Source: a virus. Taken from it: DNA of 64,000 nucleotides. The translations under genes and the position numbers were made by a program. The DNA lies in the IMG/VR virus record IMGVR_UViG_3300011113_000492, positions 1-64,000 of that record, one strand, 5' to 3'. The notes below the pieces were generated by a model, which saw only the letters and a program-made list of their open reading frames with translations, did not search any database and was not told the origin of the DNA. This document shows positions 36,882-46,423 of this stretch, piece by piece; position 1 is the first letter of the stretch; each line of letters starts with the position of its first letter.

Positions 36882-38936
36882 ATGAATCATAAACTTAAAA
36901 AACTATTGTTAAGTCCCTGGACTGCGCTGTTAACATTAGCACTTATTTTAAGTATAAGAATTGCCGATCCCGCTTTTATAGAAAGTGTGAGATTAAGATA
37001 CTTTGACACTCTTATCACACAAAAAACTTCTACGGACAACAATATATACACAGTCAATATAGATGAATCTAGTCTAGAAAAGTACGGCCAATGGCCATTA
37101 CCGAGGACAGAATATGCGAAAATTATTCAAGACCTTTATGCTCGCAATGCTGGCCTTGTTGTTCTCAATGTTCTTATGGCTGAGCCTGATCGTACTGGTG
37201 GAGATGGCGATCTTAGTGCCATACTTAAAAAGTATCCTGTAGTATTAGGTTCTGTGCCTAGTAACAAAACAAAAAATGAGCCGCGAGTTCCTGGATCAGC
37301 GGTCCTAGGCCCAGAATGGATGGACCAAATCGTTACATATCCAGGACTGATTGCCAACGTTCCTAAATTAGAAAATAATGCCGCAGGGGTCGGTATAGTG
37401 AACACACTACCAGAAGTAGACGGTGTTAATCGCCGTGTTCCTTTAATTGTAACTGTTGATGGAAAACTATATCCCGGACTGGCATTGGAAACATTGCGTG
37501 TGGCTACAGGCAATGACACATTTCAAGTTAAGTTATTCGAAGGAGGCGTTGAGAAAATGCGATTGCCTGGAGAAGTTGGAGTCATCAACACAGACAATCT
37601 TGGTCGCATATGGATTGATTGGAGCCAACAGAATAAATCGGTTAGCTTAACAAACTTACCAAAAGATTTTAATCGTGCTATTGTTGTAGTAGGACCCACT
37701 GCCGCTGGTATTGCTAATCCGATTCCAACTAGTAAAGGTGCAATATTTCCGCATGATGTACAAGCTGGCGTAATTGCTACAATAGCTAACGGTGTTGTTA
37801 TTCAGCGTCCGGACTATGCGGATGGCTTAGAAATTATTGCTATTGCAGTTTCGGGATTGTTATTACTGTTTTTAACAAGGTGGACTTATGTTGGACTTGC
37901 GTCGGTTATTGTATTGGTCGCTGGCGGTATTGCTGGCAGTTACTATGCTTACAGCAACTTTTTATTCTTATTTGACAGTACTGCCTTTGCAGTTAGCACA
38001 GTCCTGGTCGCTTTGCATGCCTACGGTGTCAAGTTTGTCTCAGAGTTCTTACAAAAGCAGGCCATAAAGAAACAATTTGCTGGCTACTGCTCAAAAGAAG
38101 TAGTGGAGATGTTACAAAAAGATCCGGACTTAATCAAGCGTGGTGTGCGTAAAGACGTATCGGTCATGTTCAGTGACCTACGTGGCTTTACACCTATCGG
38201 CGAACACTACGGAGATGATGTTGCTGGACTGGGCAAATACATGAATGGTTACATGGACAGCATCAGCAAGCCTATCATGGATAACAAAGGCATGGTCATC
38301 AAATATGTAGGTGATGCAAGTATGCACATACATGGTGCTCCTATTGAAGATCCCGACCACGCTCGCACTATCGTTAAGGTAGGATTAGAAATGTTAGATG
38401 CTGTTGACGAGTATACCAAGCTGATGGAAGCACAGGGCTTACCACCAGCCGCCATGGGCTGGGGTTGTAACACAGGTATTGGCTTTATTGGCGAGATGGG
38501 CAGCACTGATAGACACAGCTATGACATTTTGGGTGACATGGTTTCAACTGCGGCACGACTAGAAGCACGTTGTAAGGCCTATGGTGTGTTGGCTATCATT
38601 GGTGCTGAAACATATAATAGAACTAAAGACGACTTCTTCTATTTGTTGTTGGACAACTTACAACCTAAGGGAAAGACCGTGGCAGACTTAATCTATACAG
38701 TGATACGACCACGTGGTGAAGATTACAGTAAAGATCGAGAACAACACGAAGCAATGCATGCCTTGTATAAGGCTAAGAAATTTGACGAAGCTGCCGCTAT
38801 GTGTAAGAAGATGAAAGGTACCTTCGGTGGACAAATGGACAAGTACTACAAGATATGGATTGAACGCTGCGAATTTATGAAGCAACAGGATTTAGGTCCA
38901 ACTTGGAACGGCGAATTTATAGCGCACGAAAAATAA
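36882..38936 (+). CDS. CHASE2-domain class III adenylate cyclase
   Basis: N-terminal TM, CHASE2 motifs (VNIDESSL..YGQWP.PR; DGVNRRVPL), three TMs, then SVMFSDLRGFT, IKYVGD and YDILGDMVSTAARLE. Confidence 0.93.
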   Translation: MNHKLKKLLLSPWTALLTLALILSIRIADPAFIESVRLRYFDTLITQKTSTDNNIYTVNIDESSLEKYGQWPLPRTEYAKIIQDLYARNAGLVVLNVLMAEPDRTGGDGDLSAILKKYPVVLGSVPSNKTKNEPRVPGSAVLGPEWMDQIVTYPGLIANVPKLENNAAGVGIVNTLPEVDGVNRRVPLIVTVDGKLYPGLALETLRVATGNDTFQVKLFEGGVEKMRLPGEVGVINTDNLGRIWIDWSQQNKSVSLTNLPKDFNRAIVVVGPTAAGIANPIPTSKGAIFPHDVQAGVIATIANGVVIQRPDYADGLEIIAIAVSGLLLLFLTRWTYVGLASVIVLVAGGIAGSYYAYSNFLFLFDSTAFAVSTVLVALHAYGVKFVSEFLQKQAIKKQFAGYCSKEVVEMLQKDPDLIKRGVRKDVSVMFSDLRGFTPIGEHYGDDVAGLGKYMNGYMDSISKPIMDNKGMVIKYVGDASMHIHGAPIEDPDHARTIVKVGLEMLDAVDEYTKLMEAQGLPPAAMGWGCNTGIGFIGEMGSTDRHSYDILGDMVSTAARLEARCKAYGVLAIIGAETYNRTKDDFFYLLLDNLQPKGKTVADLIYTVIRPRGEDYSKDREQHEAMHALYKAKKFDEAAAMCKKMKGTFGGQMDKYYKIWIERCEFMKQQDLGPTWNGEFIAHEK

Positions 38937-38940
38937 TTTT

Positions 38941-39330
38941 TTAGCCTTCGCCGGCTGCTGCTGTTTTCTTATCTTCTTCGTCGATTTTTTGGCTTGTTGT
39001 CTTAGCTTTTTCTTCATCCATACGCACAGCTTTGTCGAATTGTTTTGCTGCTTCACGCTCAACTTTAACACCTTCCATAACACGGTCCGACTCAATCATT
39101 TTACCGCGCAGGTGCAATACTGTGTTAACTTTCTGATTTAACCGAATAAGGTCATTGTCCAACATACGTATACGATCTATTAGGGCAATAAGCACAGTGT
39201 TAGCTTCACTGATAACTGGTTTAACTTCTTTGGTTGACCATTCCCACACATATTTTATAATATATCCTAATCCCACGGCCATAACAATCGGAAAACCATA
39301 TTTGTTGATTAAGTCTATAATCTGGTCCAT
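38941..39330 (-). CDS. Small membrane protein (YvrJ/holin-like), paralogue of 40140..40421
   Basis: LINKYGFPIVMAVGLGY TM followed by a coiled coil. Confidence 0.55.
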   Translation of the reverse strand: MDQIIDLINKYGFPIVMAVGLGYIIKYVWEWSTKEVKPVISEANTVLIALIDRIRMLDNDLIRLNQKVNTVLHLRGKMIESDRVMEGVKVEREAAKQFDKAVRMDEEKAKTTSQKIDEEDKKTAAAGEG

Positions 39331-39920
39331 TATTTTACTTTCTTACAATTATCAAAGTGGTATCTGTTCATATTATGACCTTCTTTGCCTGTTACTCCGC
39401 AATGTGGGCACTGTACAGTAGACTTGTTTGCCCATGACTCGGATATTTTCTTTTTAACTTTCGGATCATTTAATGCTTTTAGTACTGCATCTTTATGAGA
39501 TGCAGATTTTGATTGTCCTTTAAGGGCAGAAGCATAGGTGTTTCCTATCATGTCAGATCTGTTTTTTCCTGTTTTACCATCTGATATTTTCTTTTTAGTT
39601 TCGTCGGATCTTTTGCGTCCTTTAAGGACGGAGGCATTTTTATTTCCTACAGCCCATGGCGCAGATCTTCCTGTCAATGCCTTGGATATTTTTTCTTTGT
39701 GATCTTCGCTTTTGGGCGATTTTAGAATTTCACTAATTATCTCGCGCCCGGTCATAATCTTAGATAATCCCATCCATGCTCGTTTATCTTGAACCCTGCC
39801 ATATTGTTTATATAATAGTCGATGCGCTTCTGCATGTTCTTCGATAGATAATTCTATTAAATTATCAGGGTCATCTGTGCCGCCAGCATGTTTGGGTATA
39901 ATATGATGTTTGTGTTTCAT
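39330..39920 (-). CDS. Free-standing HNH homing endonuclease with NUMOD3 repeats
   Basis: HKHHIIPKHAGGTDDPDNLIELSIEEHAEAH. The C-terminal VQCPHC...NRYHFDNCK matches the HNH at 182. Confidence 0.88.
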   Translation of the reverse strand: MKHKHHIIPKHAGGTDDPDNLIELSIEEHAEAHRLLYKQYGRVQDKRAWMGLSKIMTGREIISEILKSPKSEDHKEKISKALTGRSAPWAVGNKNASVLKGRKRSDETKKKISDGKTGKNRSDMIGNTYASALKGQSKSASHKDAVLKALNDPKVKKKISESWANKSTVQCPHCGVTGKEGHNMNRYHFDNCKKVK

Positions 39921-39928
39921 ATCATTAT

Positions 39929-40135
39929 TTATGTTTGGGAATGGTTTTTTGAGTTTTGTCCGTCCATTAGAAATTTCACCAACGGATCTACTTTAACCAG
40001 CATTTTATTTCCGTACGGTGATTCAATTACTTGCCAAAAATCTCCTGTTTTCCACTCTAACTTATCTGTGTCTAATTCTTGATCTGGCATAATTAAAGTA
40101 GGTGTTAAATCCCATACATAATCGACATATTTCAT
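39929..40135 (-). CDS. Small hypothetical protein
   Basis: MKYVDYVWDL... The likely ATG is at 40135. Confidence 0.5.
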   Translation of the reverse strand: MKYVDYVWDLTPTLIMPDQELDTDKLEWKTGDFWQVIESPYGNKMLVKVDPLVKFLMDGQNSKNHSQT

Positions 40136-40139
40136 TATT

Positions 40140-40421
40140 TTAGTCCCTGCGAGCATCGTTTTTGCCATCGGCCCTAGCAATACGGTCTACGTCCGGACGC
40201 AAACCTAAAGCATTCGAAACAATAGTATCAATACGTACTACGTCATGATTCATTGTTTTAACACGATTATCTAACGCTGTGATAATACCAGCCATTCCCC
40301 TAATAGAACCCAATACGCCCTGTAATAACAGTTTAATAGTCAAGTAAACAAAATATCCACCAGCCAGTGCTACTGCAATAGGGAATCCTAGATCTCCTAT
40401 TAATTTGAAAATATCTCCCAT
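40140..40421 (-). CDS. Small membrane protein (YvrJ/holin-like)
   Basis: LIGDLGFPIAVALAGGY TM followed by a coil. Confidence 0.55.
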   Translation of the reverse strand: MGDIFKLIGDLGFPIAVALAGGYFVYLTIKLLLQGVLGSIRGMAGIITALDNRVKTMNHDVVRIDTIVSNALGLRPDVDRIARADGKNDARRD

Positions 40422-40461
40422 TTGACGGCTCCTTTTATATCATCGAAAGCTTATTGATTAT

Positions 40462-41619
40462 TTATTTGTACAAAATGTTTTTAACTTGATCAAATTTGAT
40501 ATTAGAAATATTAACTTTGCTGTCAGTAAAATCACAAAGAACTTGACGAAAGTTGTCAACTAATTCATTAACTATAAGAGTTTTAAAGTTTCCGTAAAAA
40601 TGGTTAAAGTTATAATCTACTGTAGACTTTACATCGACATACATATCATTGAGTTGGGAGTTTGACATCGAACAAAGTTTTTCTATTTGTTCAGTGATTA
40701 GCAATATTCTTTTATCTGGATCTAATTCATTGTCGTAACTTTCGTCTATCCAGCGATCAAAAGTTTTAAAACCGTAGCTTTTTAAATATGCAAGATTGCC
40801 CGGAGCACCTACTAAAATAAATGGTCTTTTCGACACAATTGGTTTAAAGATCTTTTCAGTGAGATGTAATTTGTGATCATAAAACACCGTTTCGGTGACT
40901 ACGTGCCAAAGAGCAGATTTATGCATAGAAATTTCTGCTATTCCTGTGTTAGCACTAGCGTGTCCTGGAGGATTGTCGGAATCTATAATTAATCCGTCTT
41001 TTAATTTTCCGATATTTTGCTCAACTCGGGCTTTGGCTTCTGGACTTAATCTTGACTGCGGATCCAGAAGTTCTTCCTGCCACGTTCCCAGTCCGTTGTC
41101 TCGTAATATTAAACTTACATGGCCGTGCTTTAAAAGATTCTTTTCATATAAATGACTTACTAAATTTAATCGATAACTTCTATCTTTTGTCACTAGTCTG
41201 TTGTAGCTAATAAATACTTTTGTGAAATGATTTTCGAATGTGGGTATATATTGATAGTCTCTGTACCAAGCTAGTGCAGCAAATCCATGAAAGAAATAAT
41301 ACCAATTTTTAAATTTAGTTTGTAGACATATATTGTCTACTAAATCTGATTTTTCGCTGTTGGCAAAAATTATTTCTTTGTTTGGAATTAGTTGTAATGA
41401 CTTATGATTTGCAATACAAGTTTGTACAATATTAGCATTTATAGGTTCTTGATCATAAAAAAAGCAATGATTTTTATAAAGTCTAATTTCTTCATGTATA
41501 CCAAACGCCAGATCATTGACAGCAGTGCTGCCGAATGGAAAAAAATAGCAGTCGGCTAGGTTTGCGGGTTTAAGTAAATTTGTGTATAATATAAGATATA
41601 AATTCTCTAAGGAAAACAT
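40462..41619 (-). CDS. Putative glycosyltransferase-like phage protein
   Basis: FISYNR...R, VVTETVF and LTEKIFKPIVSKRPFILVGAPGNLAYLKSYGFKTF, reminiscent of GT10-like C-domains. Confidence 0.45.
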   Translation of the reverse strand: MFSLENLYLILYTNLLKPANLADCYFFPFGSTAVNDLAFGIHEEIRLYKNHCFFYDQEPINANIVQTCIANHKSLQLIPNKEIIFANSEKSDLVDNICLQTKFKNWYYFFHGFAALAWYRDYQYIPTFENHFTKVFISYNRLVTKDRSYRLNLVSHLYEKNLLKHGHVSLILRDNGLGTWQEELLDPQSRLSPEAKARVEQNIGKLKDGLIIDSDNPPGHASANTGIAEISMHKSALWHVVTETVFYDHKLHLTEKIFKPIVSKRPFILVGAPGNLAYLKSYGFKTFDRWIDESYDNELDPDKRILLITEQIEKLCSMSNSQLNDMYVDVKSTVDYNFNHFYGNFKTLIVNELVDNFRQVLCDFTDSKVNISNIKFDQVKNILYK

Positions 41620-41620
41620 T

Positions 41621-42871
41621 ATGACTTTCGAAAAAAAGAAAATTGGCTTTGTAGGTATTGGAAAACTGGGTTTAGATTGCGCCGAAGTTATGGCCGAAAA
41701 ACACGACGTCTGGGGCTATGATATTTACCCACGCACCAGTGACACTGTGAAAGTTTGTGATATTAAGGAACTATGCGAAAATGCCGAATGGATTTTTATT
41801 GCTGTTCCTACTCCACATGCAGAAGGATATGATGGCTCAGTGCCATCTAGCCATATGGAACCAAAAGACTTTGGCCATGATGCTGTTATTGATGCAATTA
41901 ACAAAGTTAATCAGTATTCCAATACCAGCAAAAAAGTGGTATTAATTAGCACAGTACTTCCTGGCACTACTCGAAGAAAATTTATTACTCTACTAGACAA
42001 AAAACATCAATTTTTGTATAACCCTTATTTGATTGCCATGGGCAGTGTTAAATGGGATATGGCCAATCCGGAGATGGTTATTATTGGTACCGAAGACGGC
42101 AGTCTTACTGGAGTAGCCGGAGAGTTGATCGACTTGTACAAGACTATGATGCAGAACGATCCCCGTTACGAAGTAGGAACATGGGATGAATGCGAAGCTA
42201 TTAAAATCTTTTATAACACATATATCAGTGCCAAAGTGGGCATTGTGAATATGATTCAAGACTTTGCCATGAAGATTGGCAATATTAATGTGGATGTGGT
42301 CACTAATGCATTGGCCCGTAGTACCATGCGTTTACAAGGACCCAAGTACATGACCGCAGGCATGGGCGATGCTGGTGCTTGCCACCCACGTGACAACATT
42401 GCACTACGTTGGCTTGCTAATCACTATGAAGTTGGATACGATTTGTTTGATACCATCATGCATGCCAGAGAAATTCAAGCAAAGAATTTGGGATTATTTT
42501 TAGTCGAACAATCCAAAGCTACAGGTTTACCTATTGTCATTCATGGTAAAGCATATAAACCGGACGTTGAATACTGCATCGGTTCTTACTCTACCCTAGT
42601 AGGACATTATGTTAAAGAAGCTGGATGTGCAGTATCATATGTAGATCCATTGGCAGATAATAAAGATGAAGTCGTAGCAGAAGTGAATGGACCAGCTGTT
42701 TATCTGTGGGCGCATAATCGTAAAATTACCTATGAATACACAGGCGAACAAGCGGACACAAAACCGTATTGTGTAATCGCTCCTGGCAGTATCATTGTTG
42801 ATCCGTGGCGTAAACTAAGTTCGGCAAACGGTATTACTGTAGTACACTATGGCAATACGCGACATCACTAA
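41621..42871 (+). CDS. UDP-glucose/GDP-mannose dehydrogenase family
   Basis: GFVGIGKLG, IAVPTP, STVLPGT, KIFYN, GDAGACHPRD and AYKP motifs. Confidence 0.92.
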   Translation: MTFEKKKIGFVGIGKLGLDCAEVMAEKHDVWGYDIYPRTSDTVKVCDIKELCENAEWIFIAVPTPHAEGYDGSVPSSHMEPKDFGHDAVIDAINKVNQYSNTSKKVVLISTVLPGTTRRKFITLLDKKHQFLYNPYLIAMGSVKWDMANPEMVIIGTEDGSLTGVAGELIDLYKTMMQNDPRYEVGTWDECEAIKIFYNTYISAKVGIVNMIQDFAMKIGNINVDVVTNALARSTMRLQGPKYMTAGMGDAGACHPRDNIALRWLANHYEVGYDLFDTIMHAREIQAKNLGLFLVEQSKATGLPIVIHGKAYKPDVEYCIGSYSTLVGHYVKEAGCAVSYVDPLADNKDEVVAEVNGPAVYLWAHNRKITYEYTGEQADTKPYCVIAPGSIIVDPWRKLSSANGITVVHYGNTRHH

Positions 42872-43367
42872 GATGCACCTTGCGAGGTTCTGGGATGAAG
42901 AATACAAAAATTTAAACTATATCCAAGAACCTTTCAATGATTCTGACAGTGTGGCTCAGTGGGTCACCCAGGGATACTCTGGACCTTTTACAGGGTGGAT
43001 GTGTGACATGCGTAATCCCCAACCAAGCTGGAATCAAAAATTTATTGACATTTTTGAAGCTAAAGGTTGGAAAGACATAGGCACTAGTTATTATCGAATG
43101 GATACAGGCACTGTATTGCCCAATCATCGAGATCTTTATAAAAAGTACATTGAATTATTTAATTTGCAAGGTCGCGAATATAATATATATCGCGCTATTG
43201 TTTTTCTAGAAGATTGGGAGTCTGGACATTATGCCGAATATGATAATAATTCATTTGTGGGCTGGCGAGCTGGTGATTGTGTAATGTGGCGTTATGATAC
43301 ACCACACATGGCCGCTAATCTAGGATCATTGCCAAGATATACTCTTCAAATAACAGGTCATCAATGA
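42849..43367 (+). CDS. 2OG-Fe(II) oxygenase
   Basis: PNHRD (HxD)...PHMAAN...RYTLQITG. Confidence 0.8.
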   Translation: MAIRDITKMHLARFWDEEYKNLNYIQEPFNDSDSVAQWVTQGYSGPFTGWMCDMRNPQPSWNQKFIDIFEAKGWKDIGTSYYRMDTGTVLPNHRDLYKKYIELFNLQGREYNIYRAIVFLEDWESGHYAEYDNNSFVGWRAGDCVMWRYDTPHMAANLGSLPRYTLQITGHQ

Positions 43368-44377
43368 AAATAAACAGTAAAAACGAATACGATAAATTAA
43401 TGTCTTGTGTAGTCGGTGACGCCACTGCTGCCCGCTTTCCTGAATTAGATGAAATCTTTAATTATAATAAAGAAGTAACTAATTGGAAAGAAACACCGTT
43501 ACCTCATGGTAAATTTTCACAGTATATTATAGACGAAGCAAACGAAGATTTACAAATACTTGCAGATACTCTAAAGTCTTCAGGAGTAGATGTATATCGT
43601 CCCACAGACATAGATCATGCACATATTGTCAAAACACACGAATGGGAAACAGATGGTATGTACAATTACTGTCCCAGAGATGTATTGTTAGTTGTCGACG
43701 ATCTAGTTATTGAATGTCCTATGGTTTATAGAAGTCGACAGTTCGAATCGGCCGCGTATTTTAAAATTAAGACAAAAGCTATTCAAGATGATGCACGATG
43801 GATCAGTGCGCCTAGGCCAAGATTGCTGACTCAAGACACTTATGTAATGGATGGAAACATTGTTCTCAGCGAGAGAGAACCTATGTTTGATGCTGCAAAT
43901 ATTCTAAGACATAACAATGACATTTTATATCTTGTTAGTAACAGTGGTAATCGACTTGGAGCAAAATGGTTACAGAATATTTTAGGCAAAAAATATCGAG
44001 TACATATAATCGACAATCTCTACAGTTATGCACACATAGATAGTACAATAAGTATTTTACGTGATGGATTGGTAGTATTGAATGGCAGTAGAGTCAACGA
44101 AACTAATTGTCCAGCACTGTTTAAAGGTTGGGATAAAATATATGTTAATGATGTTGTGCCACAAAATTTTCATCAATATCCTTATGCCAGCAAATGGATA
44201 GCACTTAATATGTTAAGTATAGATCCCAATACTGTTATTGTAGATAAAAATCAAACAAATTTGATTACAGACATAGAAAAAAAAGGAATTACAGTTGTCC
44301 CTTTAGAACTCAGACACAGTAGAACATTGGGCGGCGGATTTCATTGTGTAACGCTAGACTTACATCGTCAGCACTAA
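43364..44377 (+). CDS. Amidinotransferase (glycine/inosamine-phosphate type)
   Basis: YNYCPRD, FDAAN, HIDST and C-terminal GGGFHCVTLD motifs. Confidence 0.9.
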   Translation: MKINSKNEYDKLMSCVVGDATAARFPELDEIFNYNKEVTNWKETPLPHGKFSQYIIDEANEDLQILADTLKSSGVDVYRPTDIDHAHIVKTHEWETDGMYNYCPRDVLLVVDDLVIECPMVYRSRQFESAAYFKIKTKAIQDDARWISAPRPRLLTQDTYVMDGNIVLSEREPMFDAANILRHNNDILYLVSNSGNRLGAKWLQNILGKKYRVHIIDNLYSYAHIDSTISILRDGLVVLNGSRVNETNCPALFKGWDKIYVNDVVPQNFHQYPYASKWIALNMLSIDPNTVIVDKNQTNLITDIEKKGITVVPLELRHSRTLGGGFHCVTLDLHRQH

Positions 44378-44403
44378 ATAAATTATTGAACAATAATAAT
44401 AAT

Positions 44404-45120
44404 ATGAGTCAATTTAATAATTATAGCAATGTAATCTTTGATGCGTTTTGTCTGCATACTAAAAGAAAAGAAATTATCGATCGTAAGCAAGAGATCATTG
44501 ATAGAATATTAGAATTTTACAATTTTGCGGCTGACAGTATTTTATTTGTGGGATTTAATCCTGCTATTTTTTCTAGTAGAGTCAAAGAAATTTTTATTAC
44601 AGAAGTAAGCGATGAAATATTTAATTGGTTACGCAGTCAAGGTATTCTTGTAAATAAATTTGATCAGCCTAGAAAATTTGATATTATTGTAGCATTTGAT
44701 GAATATTTAACCTTTGCGGACAATGAGGATGATCAAAAAAATAAAATTGACTCTCTCTGCAAATTAGCCAATAACTTGGTTATTACAACTATTAAAGATT
44801 ATAAAAATCAAGAATTCAAAGATAGAGAGTATAGTCAGCCTGTAATTATCAAATCTGATAATAAGTTGACAGCATACACTGAAATTCACGACTGGGATAT
44901 GCGCGATAAGAATGTATTTACTACAGCGTTATATCAATTGAGCGGTAAAGAAGCGGTATGCTGTGATATGTTTAACAGACGAACTCTTTATTTTAAACAG
45001 TTGGCTAAATTTTCCTTAGATGCCGGTGCTGACAGTTTTTTAGTGCATAAAAACTTAATGTATAAAAGTTTAATCAAAAAGAATTACGAACACGTTGTAA
45101 GTATTAATTTCGAAAAATAA
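44404..45120 (+). CDS. Hypothetical, degenerate methyltransferase-like fold
   Basis: SILFVGF and FDIIVAFDEYLT patterns. Confidence 0.4.
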   Translation: MSQFNNYSNVIFDAFCLHTKRKEIIDRKQEIIDRILEFYNFAADSILFVGFNPAIFSSRVKEIFITEVSDEIFNWLRSQGILVNKFDQPRKFDIIVAFDEYLTFADNEDDQKNKIDSLCKLANNLVITTIKDYKNQEFKDREYSQPVIIKSDNKLTAYTEIHDWDMRDKNVFTTALYQLSGKEAVCCDMFNRRTLYFKQLAKFSLDAGADSFLVHKNLMYKSLIKKNYEHVVSINFEK

Positions 45121-45124
45121 ATCA

Positions 45125-46423
45125 ATGTTTGACAAAACTTTTTGCTCTAGTCCCTGGTTCCACCTAAAATTAAAATACGACGGCACTTTTGCAGAATGTA
45201 GATGGGGGGATAAAAAATCCAATCATAATTTTACCACAAGTATTGTGCAATTTTACAATAGCAAGCAAATGTCCCATATGAGAACGCAGCTATTAAATGG
45301 AGAGAAACCCGATATTTGTGAAACTTGTTATTATGAGGAAACATTTGGAAAATTAAATGGCAGAATTCGTCAATTGAATAAGAGCGGAATTGATAAAAAT
45401 AATTTTGCATTAACAACAAGAAGTAGTCCGCATTACAGATTATTTGAATACAGTCAAAATAACAATGGGCAAGCAAATTATGAACCAGTCGATTTACAAA
45501 TAGATTTGGGCAACGTTTGTAATAGTGCATGTATTATGTGCGACCCATTTTCAAGTAGCAGATTGACATCGGATTACAATAAACTTAGTAAAACAAACCC
45601 GTTATTTCCTGTACCAACTCCTTATATATCTTGGACTCAGAATCCAACTCGACTAGACCAGTTTGTTAATGAACTTATTGAAATAAAGAATTTGAAATAC
45701 ATTCACTTCCTGGGAGGGGAGACACTATATGATCCTGCATTTTATACAATTTGTGAAAAACTAATAGACGCTGGTATTAGTAAAAATATCACTATTGGCA
45801 CAACAACCAATGGCACAATATATGATGATAGAGTGGTGAGATTAATAAATGAATTCGGCGGGTTTCATTTAGGTATTAGCATAGAAGCAGTTACTCCTAT
45901 CAATGATTATATCAGATATCCTGGCAAGTTAATTGATATTATTCCTAATATAGATAAGTTTTTAGAATTAAGAAAAACAACTAATCTTTTTGTCAGCCTA
46001 CGAATAACTCCTAATATTTTTACAATATACGATATAGATTTATTGATTAGATACATGCTTGAAAATCAAGTTATAGCAGAGAGTTGTAATATATTACAAA
46101 AACCAGCACAGCTCAGAATGGAATTATTGCCAGATGATATAAGACAGGAAATCGTTGCTAAGTTAAAAAAAGTAATAGAAGAGTTTCAATTAGAAAAATA
46201 TAACATAGTAAATGTACGGGTCACTGAATCAATTAAAAAAGTAATATCCGACATTGCTTATGAATATTTGAATTTTTTAGAAACATATTCCTCTCTGACA
46301 AATGAAGAAGAATTAAGACATAAACTAGTTGACTTTATCAAAGGATTTGAATCTCTGAGAGAAAATAGTATTTTAGATTATGCACCACGATATGAAAAAT
46401 TTCTCCGACATTACGGCTATTGA
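45125..46423 (+). CDS. Radical SAM protein with N-terminal twitch/SPASM-like cysteines
   Basis: CNSACIMC, GGETL and N-terminal FCSSPW...C...CETC. Confidence 0.87.
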   Translation: MFDKTFCSSPWFHLKLKYDGTFAECRWGDKKSNHNFTTSIVQFYNSKQMSHMRTQLLNGEKPDICETCYYEETFGKLNGRIRQLNKSGIDKNNFALTTRSSPHYRLFEYSQNNNGQANYEPVDLQIDLGNVCNSACIMCDPFSSSRLTSDYNKLSKTNPLFPVPTPYISWTQNPTRLDQFVNELIEIKNLKYIHFLGGETLYDPAFYTICEKLIDAGISKNITIGTTTNGTIYDDRVVRLINEFGGFHLGISIEAVTPINDYIRYPGKLIDIIPNIDKFLELRKTTNLFVSLRITPNIFTIYDIDLLIRYMLENQVIAESCNILQKPAQLRMELLPDDIRQEIVAKLKKVIEEFQLEKYNIVNVRVTESIKKVISDIAYEYLNFLETYSSLTNEEELRHKLVDFIKGFESLRENSILDYAPRYEKFLRHYGY

